Notes: generated by a model from the letters alone, not told the origin. A stretch of DNA of 64,000 nt from Candidatus Latescibacterota bacterium (GCA_965208125.1 OZ242320.1:2176001-2240000), one strand, 5' to 3'. Numbered from the stretch's first letter, positions 46,896 through 57,418 are shown. Made by a program: numbers and translations.

Positions 46896-47975
46896 TTGAA
46901 AATTGCCATTACTGTTGAGGCATTAAAAAACAAATATTTTGCGGGAGTTGAGCAGTATATCTACAATCTCACCTGCCAGCTTTTAAGTCGCAGTGAGCTT
47001 GATCTGACGCTTATTGCACCATCAGATTTCCCTCATTCCCTTTTTCCTGCCCATACCCGTGTGATCTACCATGATCCGACTCTGGTATTGGGGAGCGGTT
47101 TTGTTTCGGCTGTTTTTTCCCCGCCCAAAAATCTTTCAAATTTTGATCTGGTTCATTGTCCCACCGTGACTGCTCCCTTTTTTTTTCGGCCCAATTCCAG
47201 GGTCGTTATGACTGTTCACGACCTGATTCCTCTTCTTTTCCCCAGGTGGCAGACCACCAGGCGAGTCCTGTATTTTAAATATTTTTTGAAGTATCGATTC
47301 CGGTTTGTGGATAGATTTATTGCCGTTAGCAATACCACCAAACAGGATCTCATTGATCACTTCGAGATACCTGAGGACAAAATTGATGTGGTCTATGAAG
47401 GGGTTTCTAAGCAGTTCAGACCAATCGAAAAAAAAAGAGAAGATTTCATCCTTGCTGTTGGTACTCTGGAGCCGAGAAAAAATTTCAAAAGAATTATTGA
47501 GGCCTATATCTCCCTTCGAAAAGAAAAAAGAATCAGTGACAAACTGATTATTGTGGGAAAAAAGGGGTGGCTTTTTGATGATATTTTGACCATCCCCGAA
47601 TCGTTCCAAGATGATATTATCTTCAAAGGTTACGTATCTGAAGATGAGTTGATTAGCCTATTTCAGACCGCACGTTTTTTTATTTACCCTTCAATGTACG
47701 AAGGGTTCGGCCTTCCTATTCTCGAGGCCATGGCTTGTGGATGTCCTGTCATAACGAGTAATACGTCGAGTATGCCTGAAGTGGCGGGCGATGCAGCCCT
47801 TCTTGTAGATCCTTACCGGATAGAAGAGATAAAAAACGCCATCTACACTCTGACAAATGATGCGGAATTGTGTACTAAAATGAGTGCTGAAGGAATTGGC
47901 AGAGTTTCACGGTTTTCGTGGCAGCATGCCGCCGCACAAACCTCTCAAGTGTATGAAAAGACACTGACTACTTGA
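46896..47975 (+). CDS. GT4 glycosyltransferase
   Basis: TVHDL, VGTLEPRKN, PS.YEGFGLPILEAMACG. TTG start after AAGGAG. Confidence 0.92.
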   Translation: MKIAITVEALKNKYFAGVEQYIYNLTCQLLSRSELDLTLIAPSDFPHSLFPAHTRVIYHDPTLVLGSGFVSAVFSPPKNLSNFDLVHCPTVTAPFFFRPNSRVVMTVHDLIPLLFPRWQTTRRVLYFKYFLKYRFRFVDRFIAVSNTTKQDLIDHFEIPEDKIDVVYEGVSKQFRPIEKKREDFILAVGTLEPRKNFKRIIEAYISLRKEKRISDKLIIVGKKGWLFDDILTIPESFQDDIIFKGYVSEDELISLFQTARFFIYPSMYEGFGLPILEAMACGCPVITSNTSSMPEVAGDAALLVDPYRIEEIKNAIYTLTNDAELCTKMSAEGIGRVSRFSWQHAAAQTSQVYEKTLTT

Positions 47976-48033
47976 AAGTGCTGCTGTATTCAGACTGTTT
48001 TTGAGTATGGCTTTTCCTGAGAATTGCGCGATG

Positions 48034-49107
48034 TCAGTCAATTAGTCTTTTGTATATATCCAGATAAGATTTTGCGGCGTTATCCCAGCTATATTGTTTG
48101 GCCCAGGCGATCATTTTGTTGGCTTTAGATGCATTAAAGTTTTTGAGACCCTGTTCAATGACATCTGTCATCTCACGAGGATCAAAACTTGCAAAATAAT
48201 GCGCGTGACTGCCACAAACTTCAGGCAGGCTGGTCTTGCAAGAGACGAATGTTGGTTTTCCCTTTGCCATGCTTTCAACAGGCGGAATGCCAAATCCCTC
48301 CAAAAGTGATGGAAACAAAAAGGCTTTACAATTTTCAATGAGATAGGATTTTTCTGCTTCGGTTACGGTTCCGACCATAAAAACTCGATTTTCCAATTTT
48401 TTTTCCTGTATTCGCTTGCGGATCATACTTGCATAAGGTCTTTCTCTGCGCAAGTGTTCGGTGTGTGTACTACCCGCGATGATGAGAGACTCTTCACGTA
48501 GTTCCATTAAATCAATTAGCGTATGGAAGTTCTTTCTTTCTGCAACAGCACCAATTGTCAGGAAGTATTTTTCCGGGATTGGAAAGGAAGGTTTGGCTAT
48601 GCTTTCACTTAAGGCTACGCCATTATAGATGACAGACATTTTATTTTCAGGTATATGAAAATAATGAAGGGTCTGGTTTTGAGCAAATTTTGATATAAAG
48701 ACAATGTGCCCACCGATTTTTTCTATGTGTTCTATCTTTCTGTTTAATTGATGCAGGAATCCCTTTTTGAAACGGTCGGATTTATTGCTGTCGTTGTGTT
48801 GCGCGTGGATGTGTAACTCGTTCATATCGTGGATGGTTAGTACGAGTTTTGAGCTTTTGGGATTGTAATGGCTTCCCTGATAGGTGGCATGCCAAATTTT
48901 GGATTTGGGGAGTAAATGGGGAAGGATCCGATGCAGGAGATTGGCCCGATAATGCATACCCCTGTGCCTTTCGAGATTGGAACCGTAAAATCCCAGGTCC
49001 ATATTTTCATTTAAGTTGAGTAGAGCTTGACTTAAATTCAGGCAAAACTGTCCTATTCCAGTATGGGGACGCACAGTTTCTTCCATGTCGAGGATAACGT
49101 CTTTCAC
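48034..49107 (-). CDS. GT4 glycosyltransferase
   Basis: LTIHD, RKNFH.L, PSLLEGFGIPPVESM. GTG start after GGAG. Confidence 0.9.
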   Translation of the reverse strand: MKDVILDMEETVRPHTGIGQFCLNLSQALLNLNENMDLGFYGSNLERHRGMHYRANLLHRILPHLLPKSKIWHATYQGSHYNPKSSKLVLTIHDMNELHIHAQHNDSNKSDRFKKGFLHQLNRKIEHIEKIGGHIVFISKFAQNQTLHYFHIPENKMSVIYNGVALSESIAKPSFPIPEKYFLTIGAVAERKNFHTLIDLMELREESLIIAGSTHTEHLRRERPYASMIRKRIQEKKLENRVFMVGTVTEAEKSYLIENCKAFLFPSLLEGFGIPPVESMAKGKPTFVSCKTSLPEVCGSHAHYFASFDPREMTDVIEQGLKNFNASKANKMIAWAKQYSWDNAAKSYLDIYKRLID

Positions 49108-49227
49108 AATATGTCTCCAGAGGTAGGTGATAAATTGATGCGAGATGTAGAATAGGGCTTTCCGTTTTATCCGAAAAGCCCGTAAAACCCACTCGCAGAG
49201 AGCTTTAGCGTTGGGAGTAGTCACGTT

Positions 49228-50721
49228 TCACTCGCCAGACAGGTCCAGGGCGATGGCGTCCGGGTGTCTCAGGCCGGTGGTGACGAGGTCTTCGATGTTC
49301 GATCCGTCGAGGTTGGCGCGCTGAATTTTGCGTCTGCTTCTGTCTGCCCAGTATATTTTGCCCTCGGTCAGGTCCAGGGTGATGCTCCGCGGTCCGCTCA
49401 ATCCGGTGGTGGCGGTGACGAGGTCTTCGATGTCTGATCCGTCGAGGTTAGCGCGCTGAATTTTATGTGTGCCTTCGTCTGTCCAGTACATTTTGCCTTT
49501 GGACAAGTCCAGGGCGATGCCCTGTGGTCCCTCCAATCCAGTGGTGATGAGGTCTTCGATATTTGATCCGTCGAGATTGGCCCGTTGAATCTTATCCGGG
49601 CTATCGTGTGCCCAGTACATTTTGCCTCCGGCTATGTCCAGAGCGATGCTTTGAGGGTATCTCAGTCCCGTGATGAGGTCTTCGATGTTCGATCCGTTGA
49701 GGTTGGCGCGCTGGATTTTACCCGTGCTAAAGTCTGTCCAGTATATTTTTCCCCCAGCTACGTCCAGAGCGATGCCTTCTGGGCCTGTAGGACTGCTCGT
49801 CAATCCCGTAGCGATGAGGTTTTCGATGTTTGATCCGTTGAGGTTAGCGCGCTGGATTTTATCCGTGCCTCCGTCTGTCCAGTACATTTTGCCTTTGGAC
49901 AAGTCCAGGGCGATGCCCTGTGGATAGATCAATCCGGTGGTGACGAGGTCTTCGATGTTTGATCCGTCGAGGTTGGCACGCTGGATTTTATGTGTTCCTA
50001 CATCGGTCCAGTACATTTTTGGTGTGCTGCCGGGGGAGGATACTTCTTTGCCGAAGTCGCGGGCAAAGATGACGAAGTCCGAGAATCTTATCGCATGATC
50101 TACGTCCAGGTCGTATTTCGCTTCGTATGTCCCATCACCGCGCGTTGAGCCGAACCGACTTGCAAAGAGTACAAAGTCGATGAATCCAACATGTCCGTCG
50201 CCGTCAAAGTCCGGGGAGGGGGCCGAGCGCAAGGCTACACTTATATTTAGAGATATAGTTTCAAATTGACCATCCCGACTGAGTATCGCGCGCGTGAGGC
50301 GAATTGTGGTGTTGGAAAATGTACGTGTGGTGCGAAAGTGTATCGTGCCCATCAAACCACTATTGACTGTGGCGGATCCGCCAAAAGATACCATGCTGAC
50401 TTGCACGAAGGTTGGGTTTGTACCGTGTTCTGCCAATACCTGGGCGTTGGGCAATACGTTGCCGGAGAAGAATCCCTGATATGTGATCTGGCGCGCGTTG
50501 TATTCAAAGCGGGGCGAGATGCCGGTTGCGTTCTGGATGTCTGTGCCAAAGATTTGTATGGCAATGACTTGATCTGGGGATGCGATGAGGGTGGCGAGCG
50601 CTTGATTGTCCGGTGCATTGTCCAGGTCGAGAGAGAGGGAGAAGCTGTTTTGTGCGGATAGAGATAAGGGGCATATCAAGAGTGCGATTGTCGATAGGGT
50701 TGATAGTATGAGGTTGCGCAT
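49228..50721 (-). CDS. secreted protein: cohesin-like + dockerin-like + LDL-receptor class B (YWTD) propeller
   Basis: Signal peptide MRNLILSTL; DFDGDG.V...DF pair; six K(M/I)YW(T/A)D..KIQRANL(D/N)GS-type repeats; AGGAG RBS. Confidence 0.88.
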   Translation of the reverse strand: MRNLILSTLSTIALLICPLSLSAQNSFSLSLDLDNAPDNQALATLIASPDQVIAIQIFGTDIQNATGISPRFEYNARQITYQGFFSGNVLPNAQVLAEHGTNPTFVQVSMVSFGGSATVNSGLMGTIHFRTTRTFSNTTIRLTRAILSRDGQFETISLNISVALRSAPSPDFDGDGHVGFIDFVLFASRFGSTRGDGTYEAKYDLDVDHAIRFSDFVIFARDFGKEVSSPGSTPKMYWTDVGTHKIQRANLDGSNIEDLVTTGLIYPQGIALDLSKGKMYWTDGGTDKIQRANLNGSNIENLIATGLTSSPTGPEGIALDVAGGKIYWTDFSTGKIQRANLNGSNIEDLITGLRYPQSIALDIAGGKMYWAHDSPDKIQRANLDGSNIEDLITTGLEGPQGIALDLSKGKMYWTDEGTHKIQRANLDGSDIEDLVTATTGLSGPRSITLDLTEGKIYWADRSRRKIQRANLDGSNIEDLVTTGLRHPDAIALDLSGE

Positions 50722-50744
50722 GGTTTTCTCCTGTGTGTTCATCT

Positions 50745-52160
50745 CTATTTTTTTGGGGACAAAAATGTCGCGATGTCGTTCGAGTCCCAGAGATAGAGGT
50801 GCGGGTCTCGGAGATTTTTGAGGGTGTTGGTAAATCCAGATTTGGAGGTGATGAGATAAAAAGCGTCCCTGGTTGGGAGTTTTTGTGCGCGGTGTTTGAG
50901 GGTTTGCAGGACGTCTATGCCAACGGGGGTGGATGTCCATTTGCATTCGACGAAGAGGGTTTGCCGGGTTTCGGGGTTGAGGGCGACGAGGTCTATTTCG
51001 CTTTGTCTGTCCCACCAGCGTCCGATTCGGTGAAAGTAGAAGGGTGCGGCGTTGTGCAGGTTGAGTTTGATCAAGAGTTCTCGCGTGATGTTTTCAAAGG
51101 CAAGGCCCATGAATTCCGAAATGGAGGTATTGAGGCGGTTGAGAAAATAGGGGAAATTGCCCGATTCGTAGATGCTCAATTGCCGGTAGATGAATCGCAT
51201 CCAGAATGTGATAAAGGGGTCGCGGATTTTATAGCGGCTTTTTTTTGTTTTCCAGGGTCGTTCGGTGATGGGTACTTCGCGTTCGATGAGGTCGAACAGG
51301 TCGGATAATTCGCGCAGGTATTTGGACAGGCTCGTGGCTGGCAGGCCAGCGGGTCCTGCGATTTCAGATCGGCGGGTTTTGCCGGTGGCGATGGCTTCGA
51401 GGATTGCCAGATAGGTGTGGGCCGTGTTTCCAAATTCGGAGAGGATGATGTCGCGCATTTCATTGCGAAAGGAGGCAAAGGGGGTGAATAGTGCGCGATG
51501 GAGAATGTGGGGGATGGTGCTGCCGCCCAGGCCCATGCTTTCTATGATTTCGTAATACCGGGGCATGCCGCCAAAGATGCCGTAGAGGGTCAGGATGTCT
51601 GTGGGCGATAGAAAGCCGAGTTCTGTGGCGATTTGGTAGATGGCGTCGATGGGTAAGGGGCTGAGATCTATTTCCCGGGTGAGGCGGCCATAGAGGGGTT
51701 CTTTGGCGTCCTGGAAGACTTTTTTCATCAGGCCGACGACAGAACCTATGGCGATGAGATGGATTCTGGATTGTTTGTGCCATGTGTCCCACACGTCCTG
51801 GAGGATGGAATAGATGGCGGGTTCGATGGTGAGGAAGTTTTGAAATTCGTCGAAGACGACGATCAGGGACTGGCGCTGAGTTTCGGCAAAGAGGAATACG
51901 AAAAAGTCTTTCCAATCTGTAAATGCAGGCGCGTAGGCGATGTGCGATTTGAGGGTGGCGGAGAATTCGATGAGGAGGGCATTTGAAGGGCGTTTTTCGA
52001 CAAAGAAATAGATGCCGCGATTCTGGAGATGCTGGCGCACGAGTTCTGTTTTTCCCGTGCGGCGTCGCCCAAAAATTGCGGTGAATTGAGAATATTGCGC
52101 CGATCTTTCGGTGAGTTCTCGCAGGAGTGCGAGTTCTGTTTCTCTGTTGTAGAATTTCAT
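50745..52160 (-). CDS. archaeal-type ATPase with C-terminal DUF234 PD-(D/E)XK domain
   Basis: FYNRE.EL, GRRRTGKT, FDEFQ, GG.PRY, EIDLVA..FVECKW. Confidence 0.9.
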   Translation of the reverse strand: MKFYNRETELALLRELTERSAQYSQFTAIFGRRRTGKTELVRQHLQNRGIYFFVEKRPSNALLIEFSATLKSHIAYAPAFTDWKDFFVFLFAETQRQSLIVVFDEFQNFLTIEPAIYSILQDVWDTWHKQSRIHLIAIGSVVGLMKKVFQDAKEPLYGRLTREIDLSPLPIDAIYQIATELGFLSPTDILTLYGIFGGMPRYYEIIESMGLGGSTIPHILHRALFTPFASFRNEMRDIILSEFGNTAHTYLAILEAIATGKTRRSEIAGPAGLPATSLSKYLRELSDLFDLIEREVPITERPWKTKKSRYKIRDPFITFWMRFIYRQLSIYESGNFPYFLNRLNTSISEFMGLAFENITRELLIKLNLHNAAPFYFHRIGRWWDRQSEIDLVALNPETRQTLFVECKWTSTPVGIDVLQTLKHRAQKLPTRDAFYLITSKSGFTNTLKNLRDPHLYLWDSNDIATFLSPKK

Positions 52161-52237
52161 TATTATTCTTTCAATAATTATTATTTTTAGAATAATAATG
52201 AAAATAGGGACAAATGTCAATGCAATTAAGGGTAGAT

Positions 52238-52390
52238 CCGTCATCGCGGCACGGTGTAAGCCGCGATCCAGAGGTTTTGCTTTTGCTTTTCATCCTGTCC
52301 ATCCTTCCATCCTGTAAATCCTGATTCAGACGGTTTTTGCTTTTGACTCTTATCCTGTCCATCCTTTCATCCTGCCTATCCTGATCATGA
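52238..52390. repeat. CGTC-type REP plus two copies of an atcctg-rich ~40-bp element
   Basis: ccgtcatcgcggc..gccgcgatccag; atcctgtccatcctt..atcctg..atcctgat twice. Confidence 0.8.
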
Positions 52391-53905
52391 CCTGACCGTG
52401 CGGATGACGGTTTTGATTTCGTCAATGAGTGTTTTGCGTTCGACGATGAGCAGGCCCGAGCCATAACCTGTGGTGAAGATCGCGCTACCTGCGAGGACGC
52501 CTATTGGGATTGGCAATGTGTTGAGCCATTCGGCACTGGCAAAGTGCATGCCGGTGCCAATGGCCGCGGCGATGAGTGGGGGGGCGAATGTTCTGGCGAT
52601 GGGGATATCGACATGTGCGCGTACGAGGATGAGTGCGAGGATGAGGCCGACGATGGCGATTGCGTTCATGCTTATGGCGATGCCTGTGGCGTCCATGTGA
52701 TGGGCGAGATAGGGGGCCAGGATGAGGAGGATGAGGGCTTGTGCCGAGGCGAATTTTGCAATGCTTTTGGGGCTGCCTACGCTGTAGAATAGGGCGTGTA
52801 TATCGTCGAGGATAGGACGGCAGAGGGAGTAGATGATGAGCCATTGGAGGAGGGGGGCTGCAGGTGCCCAGTCGGGTTTGAAGATGTGTATCCATCGGTT
52901 GGCTTCGAGCGCGAGGACGAGGGAGATGGGGACGGTGGTGCGGAGGATGAGGCGCGAGGTTCGGCGGTATGCTGCGGAGAGTTGGTCGCGGTTGTTCTGG
53001 TAGCGCGCGTACACTGTGGCTGTGATGCGTACAATGACCATGGTGATAGCTCCGCTGGGCATTTGGGCAAAGTTGTGTGCGGCGTCGTATATCCCGCGCA
53101 GGCTTAACCCGAAGAATAAGCTGATGATGAGTTTGTCGTAGTGCTGGACGAAGATTTTGGGTATGCCGCCGATCCAGTACCATAAGCCGTAGCGGATCAT
53201 GCGCCGCGCGGCTTGTGGGTTGAAGGTGTGTAGCTGGTCTATTGGGGGGGGATGGCGAAGCCAGAGGACGGTGCAATAGAAGAGGATGTAGGTGACGCTG
53301 TATGGGAAAAATCCGAGGATGAGTGCCCATTTGCCGTATCCGAGGTAGGCAACAGCGAGGCCGACGAGGGCTGCGAGGGTGGTTCCTCCTGCATGTGCAA
53401 AGGCGAGGCGTCCAAATTCGAGGTCGCGTTGTAGCTGGGTTTCAGCGGTGAGTGCGGCTGTTCGGATCAGGTCGAATACGCCCAGTATGCATAGGGCGAT
53501 GGCGACTTTGGGGTAGTTTTGGGTGTCTGTAAAGCCGAGGTAGGTGTTGAATGTGCGGGTGAGTTCAAACAGGTTTTCGGAATAGAGGGCGATGCACAGG
53601 GCGAGGAGTGTGCTGATGCTGCCCAGGCCAATGCTGAGTACAAAGTGCGTGGGTGCGAGGTCGTGGACGTTGTCGTGTTCGTGCAGGAGTGCGTAGTGCA
53701 ATCCGAGGTCGCGGATTGCGATTATAAGGACGAGGATGGAATAGGCTGTTGTGATGGCACCAAAGTCTTCGGGGACGAGGATCTGGTAGAGCAGGAGGAG
53801 GACCGCGAAGTTGATGATTCGCGCAGGGTAGGTGCTGCCGAAGGTCTGTACCGTGCCGCGCGCGATGCGCTGGATGGCGGATTTTTCAGTTGGTGGTTTT
53901 TCCAT
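52385..53905 (-). CDS. Wzx-type oligosaccharide flippase
   Basis: L.PEDFG, DLGL..AL, G.WAL, multiple TMs. Confidence 0.88.
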   Translation of the reverse strand: MEKPPTEKSAIQRIARGTVQTFGSTYPARIINFAVLLLLYQILVPEDFGAITTAYSILVLIIAIRDLGLHYALLHEHDNVHDLAPTHFVLSIGLGSISTLLALCIALYSENLFELTRTFNTYLGFTDTQNYPKVAIALCILGVFDLIRTAALTAETQLQRDLEFGRLAFAHAGGTTLAALVGLAVAYLGYGKWALILGFFPYSVTYILFYCTVLWLRHPPPIDQLHTFNPQAARRMIRYGLWYWIGGIPKIFVQHYDKLIISLFFGLSLRGIYDAAHNFAQMPSGAITMVIVRITATVYARYQNNRDQLSAAYRRTSRLILRTTVPISLVLALEANRWIHIFKPDWAPAAPLLQWLIIYSLCRPILDDIHALFYSVGSPKSIAKFASAQALILLILAPYLAHHMDATGIAISMNAIAIVGLILALILVRAHVDIPIARTFAPPLIAAAIGTGMHFASAEWLNTLPIPIGVLAGSAIFTTGYGSGLLIVERKTLIDEIKTVIRTVRS

Positions 53906-56306
53906 GGGGTTTGTATATGCACAGGGGGATTGCGATGAGGAGGATGAGGACGCCGCCGAGTGTGATCCAGCGCGTGGTGGCTACGATGGGGTCGCGGTAG
54001 GTGAGTTCGACGATGTGTTCGCCGGGTGCAAGGGCGACTGCGGTCCAGAGGTAGTTGGCGCGGATGAGGGGTTTGGGTTCGCCGTTGACGGTGGCGTTCC
54101 AGTTGGGGTGGTGGTTTTGCGAGATGACGAGGATGCGGGGTCCGGGGGCTGTTGTGCTGAGTTTGAGATGGCCCTGGTGTTCGTTGTATTCGAGGCGTTC
54201 GACACTGCCTGTTTCACTGGCGTTGGGATCGGAGGCGATGCCGGGGTTTTCTTCGATGATTGCTGTTTGCATGGGGTTGGCGTTGGGGTCGGTCAGTTTT
54301 TGCAGGATTTGATTTTCGTCGGAGATGATTTCGTATTGGGGCGCGAGATAAAACCACGGTAGCGCACCGGGGTTGCGGTAGATGTGCAGGCCCTGGCGCC
54401 CGGCAATTTTTTCGAGATATGGGATGTTCAGTTCAGAGGGTGCGACGATGTATTTGGTGTTGAGGAGGTTGAGGATCGCGGGGTTGTTGAAGGCTCCGGA
54501 TTTGAGGATGTTGTCATAACGCCTGATGGTGAAGTCGTGAAATCCGGTTACGAGGTCTATGCCGGGTAAGGGCATCTGGTTGTGGTCGGGTAGGGCGAGT
54601 ACGCGGAAGAGGCTGTTGTCCCGTTTGAGGAAGGCAACGGCGTCGGCATTGACGCGCTCGCGGGGGGGAACGCGGTTGGGGTTGACGTAGTTGAGAAACA
54701 TTTTGTCTATGCGCCATGTGTCGATGAGGAGGATGGCGAGGAGGATGAGGGCAAAGGTGTGGATTTTGAGTTTGTTTTGTGCGCGGAGATATGAGATGGC
54801 GGTGAGTGTGCCGACGAAGAGTGCGGCGAGCAATGCGCCCTGTCCTGTGAGGGAGAGGTTCGCCTGGGCGATTTGCTGACGGGTGAGGGATGTATCTCTG
54901 GTTTTTACTATGATCTCTTGCCATGCCGATATGTCCGTCCAGACGATGTTTTGCCATAAGGATAGGAGCGTGGCGGGGGCGAAGGCAAATAGGAGGAGGA
55001 TTGCGGTGCATATCCCGCCTGCGATGCCGAGTTTTTTTGCGGTTTCAGGGGTGATGTCGTCGGTTATGAGGCGGTGGAGTCCGTACGCGCCGAGGGCGCA
55101 CAGTGCAAAGGAGAAGAGGAAGGCGATCATGCCGGGCGCGCGCAATGTGCTGACGCCGGGGACGAGGTGGTAGAGGAGTTTGTGCAAGGGGGTGTGCGGA
55201 CCGAGTGCATAGGCGACTGAGAGTATGAAGAGGCCGAGGAGGAACGCGATGTGGGTTTTTTTGCGGGTGCGCGAGAGGGCAAAGATGGCGAAGAATAGGG
55301 GGACGATGCCGACGTATTCGGAGTTGATTTTGAATGCGTTGCGTCCCCAGTATTTGTGGGTTGTTGTGTTTGTGTCAAAGGCGACAAATTCGGGGATGAC
55401 GAGGGCGAATATTTCTTCGGGGTGGAGCGACCAGGATGAGGCAAATTCATAACCTTCGTCGGTTTGTTGTTCGGTGAAGGCGCGTTTTGAGGCGGTTTTT
55501 GTGTTCCAGTATTGTGGGATGACGCCTTCTGCACCGATGGCGAGGCCCAGGCAGATGGCGCCTGCTGATAAGAGGGTCTGATAGACGGCGGTTTTTTTAT
55601 TTTTGGTACGGAACAGGTCCCGTATGAGTTTGTAGAGGAAGAGCAGGCCCAGTCCCCAGAGGGCGAAGTAGGCCATCTGGAGGTGCGGGCTGTAGATGGC
55701 GATGCCGACGGTGCCGCCGAGGATTAAAAAGTAGATGATGCGCCGCGTGTCCATGCCGCGGTTGAGCGCCCAGTACATGAGGGGGAAGAGGCCGATGACG
55801 GTCATTTTTGCATAGTGCCCGGCATGCGAGAAGGAGAGGAATGCCGGGGCAGACGCATAGGCCGCACCCGCGATGAGGGCGGCGAGGGGATGGAGGCCAA
55901 AGCTGCGTGTGCAGAGGTACATGAAGTAGCCGGCTGTAAACATGGCAAAGATGTAGCGCCAGCCAAAATAGCGGTGTTGGCTGGTGAAGAGGTCTATGAC
56001 GATGAGGGGATAGTATTGGGCGCGCAGCGCGGCGGATTCTGGCATGCCGCCCATGTATCGGGTCCAGTTTTTTTGTGGCAATTTGCTCAGGGCTTCGGCA
56101 AAGGGTTCGTTGCCGCTGTGAAATTCTGCGCCGGTGTCAGTGCCGTAGATTACGTCGCCCGTGATGAGGATGTGATAGAAATATCCGGCGGTGAGCAGGG
56201 CAAAAAAGACTATGGGGACCCAGGGGCGAGATAGGAAATGGGTGAGGTCAAACGCCGTCCGGGTTTGGATGGATGAGGGACGGCTATGCTTGCGTCGTTT
56301 GCTCAT
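53886..56306 (-). CDS. YfhO-family (GT-C) membrane protein
   Basis: W..Y..GMP, HLQMAY, Y.G..PL, RAP, HPNW.A.VNG...RANY. ATGA overlap with the upstream gene. Confidence 0.85.
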   Translation of the reverse strand: MSKRRKHSRPSSIQTRTAFDLTHFLSRPWVPIVFFALLTAGYFYHILITGDVIYGTDTGAEFHSGNEPFAEALSKLPQKNWTRYMGGMPESAALRAQYYPLIVIDLFTSQHRYFGWRYIFAMFTAGYFMYLCTRSFGLHPLAALIAGAAYASAPAFLSFSHAGHYAKMTVIGLFPLMYWALNRGMDTRRIIYFLILGGTVGIAIYSPHLQMAYFALWGLGLLFLYKLIRDLFRTKNKKTAVYQTLLSAGAICLGLAIGAEGVIPQYWNTKTASKRAFTEQQTDEGYEFASSWSLHPEEIFALVIPEFVAFDTNTTTHKYWGRNAFKINSEYVGIVPLFFAIFALSRTRKKTHIAFLLGLFILSVAYALGPHTPLHKLLYHLVPGVSTLRAPGMIAFLFSFALCALGAYGLHRLITDDITPETAKKLGIAGGICTAILLLFAFAPATLLSLWQNIVWTDISAWQEIIVKTRDTSLTRQQIAQANLSLTGQGALLAALFVGTLTAISYLRAQNKLKIHTFALILLAILLIDTWRIDKMFLNYVNPNRVPPRERVNADAVAFLKRDNSLFRVLALPDHNQMPLPGIDLVTGFHDFTIRRYDNILKSGAFNNPAILNLLNTKYIVAPSELNIPYLEKIAGRQGLHIYRNPGALPWFYLAPQYEIISDENQILQKLTDPNANPMQTAIIEENPGIASDPNASETGSVERLEYNEHQGHLKLSTTAPGPRILVISQNHHPNWNATVNGEPKPLIRANYLWTAVALAPGEHIVELTYRDPIVATTRWITLGGVLILLIAIPLCIYKPHGKTTN

Positions 56307-57418
56307 TGTTGGGGTTCCTGTGATGTGGCGACTTTTAAATACACTTCTTCTTGCGCTTGTGCCGTGCGGTCCCATGTGAATTGTGTGGCCCATTTGCGGC
56401 CCGCTGTTCCCAGGCGTTTGCGCAGAAAGGGGTCGCCGAGCAGGCGTTTCATGGCGCTGGCGAGTGCCTGGGGATTTTCGGGGGGGACGAGGAGGCCGGT
56501 TTCATCGGCGCGGATGGCATCTGCCAATCCGGGGATGTCGGTGCCTATGACGGCTTTGGCAGCGGCAGCGGCTTCAATGGCGACAATGCCCCAGCCTTCG
56601 TAGCGCGAGGGGGTGCAGACGAATAGGGCATGGCCCATGAGGATGTTTTTTTGTTCGGGTGTGACGGCGCCGGTAAATTCGACGCGGTTTGCGATGTTGA
56701 GTTGGTTGGCTATGGATCGTATTTCGCGTTTGTTTTGAGGCGTTCCTCGACCCGAGAGGATGAGGCGGATGTCGGGTGGGTTGAGTTTGGCAAAGGCGGA
56801 TAGGAGGATGTCGATGCCTTTGTTGTGGATGTCCATGCGCCCGAAATAGAGGATGTAATTCTCTTCTGTCCAGGGGGCTTCAAAACAGATTTGATCGACG
56901 CCGGTATAGACGAGGTGAAATTGCGCGTTTGTTGCGCGTTTTTCAAGCTGGCGCGTGACGGTGGGCGAGATGGTCAGGATGTGCGGGTGAAGGCGCAGGG
57001 CGCGCTGTTCGGCTTTGCGGGCAATGTGGCCGAGCACGGGGTATTTTGCAGTGGCGTGGTCGTCCATGAAGTGGAAGAATTCGAGGAGGCTGTCGCGCCT
57101 TTTTTGTTTGGATACGAAGAGGGGGGCAAAGGCCGAGAATTGATGGACCCACAGATCGGTGTTTGCGCGGGCGATTTCGCGGGAGGCGTGGTGGACAAAG
57201 CTCATTCGGCTGAGGAGGTACGAGCGGTCTGATCCCACGCGGCGGATGTGTACGCCTTCTCGGGTTTCTTCTCTGAGGGCGTTGGGATACGCGCCTGTCA
57301 GGATGATGATCTGGTGTTTGTGCGCTAGACGACGGGCGATTTCCCATGTGCGCAGGGCACCACCCCCACCACACCAGGGGTTGTCTATGTCGTCGTATAA
57401 GGTGTGTAAGATGTTCAT
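56303..57418 (-). CDS. GT4 glycosyltransferase
   Basis: NPWCGGGG, GR....KG.D.L, PSRYEGWGIVAIEA. Confidence 0.92.
   Translation of the reverse strand: MNILHTLYDDIDNPWCGGGGALRTWEIARRLAHKHQIIILTGAYPNALREETREGVHIRRVGSDRSYLLSRMSFVHHASREIARANTDLWVHQFSAFAPLFVSKQKRRDSLLEFFHFMDDHATAKYPVLGHIARKAEQRALRLHPHILTISPTVTRQLEKRATNAQFHLVYTGVDQICFEAPWTEENYILYFGRMDIHNKGIDILLSAFAKLNPPDIRLILSGRGTPQNKREIRSIANQLNIANRVEFTGAVTPEQKNILMGHALFVCTPSRYEGWGIVAIEAAAAAKAVIGTDIPGLADAIRADETGLLVPPENPQALASAMKRLLGDPFLRKRLGTAGRKWATQFTWDRTAQAQEEVYLKVATSQEPQQ

Noticed and set aside
50722-51015. N-terminal extension of the YWTD ORF in the track
   Set aside because: Overlaps the ATPase gene; the RBS and signal peptide place the start at 50721. 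Similar over-extensions were trimmed for several other genes.
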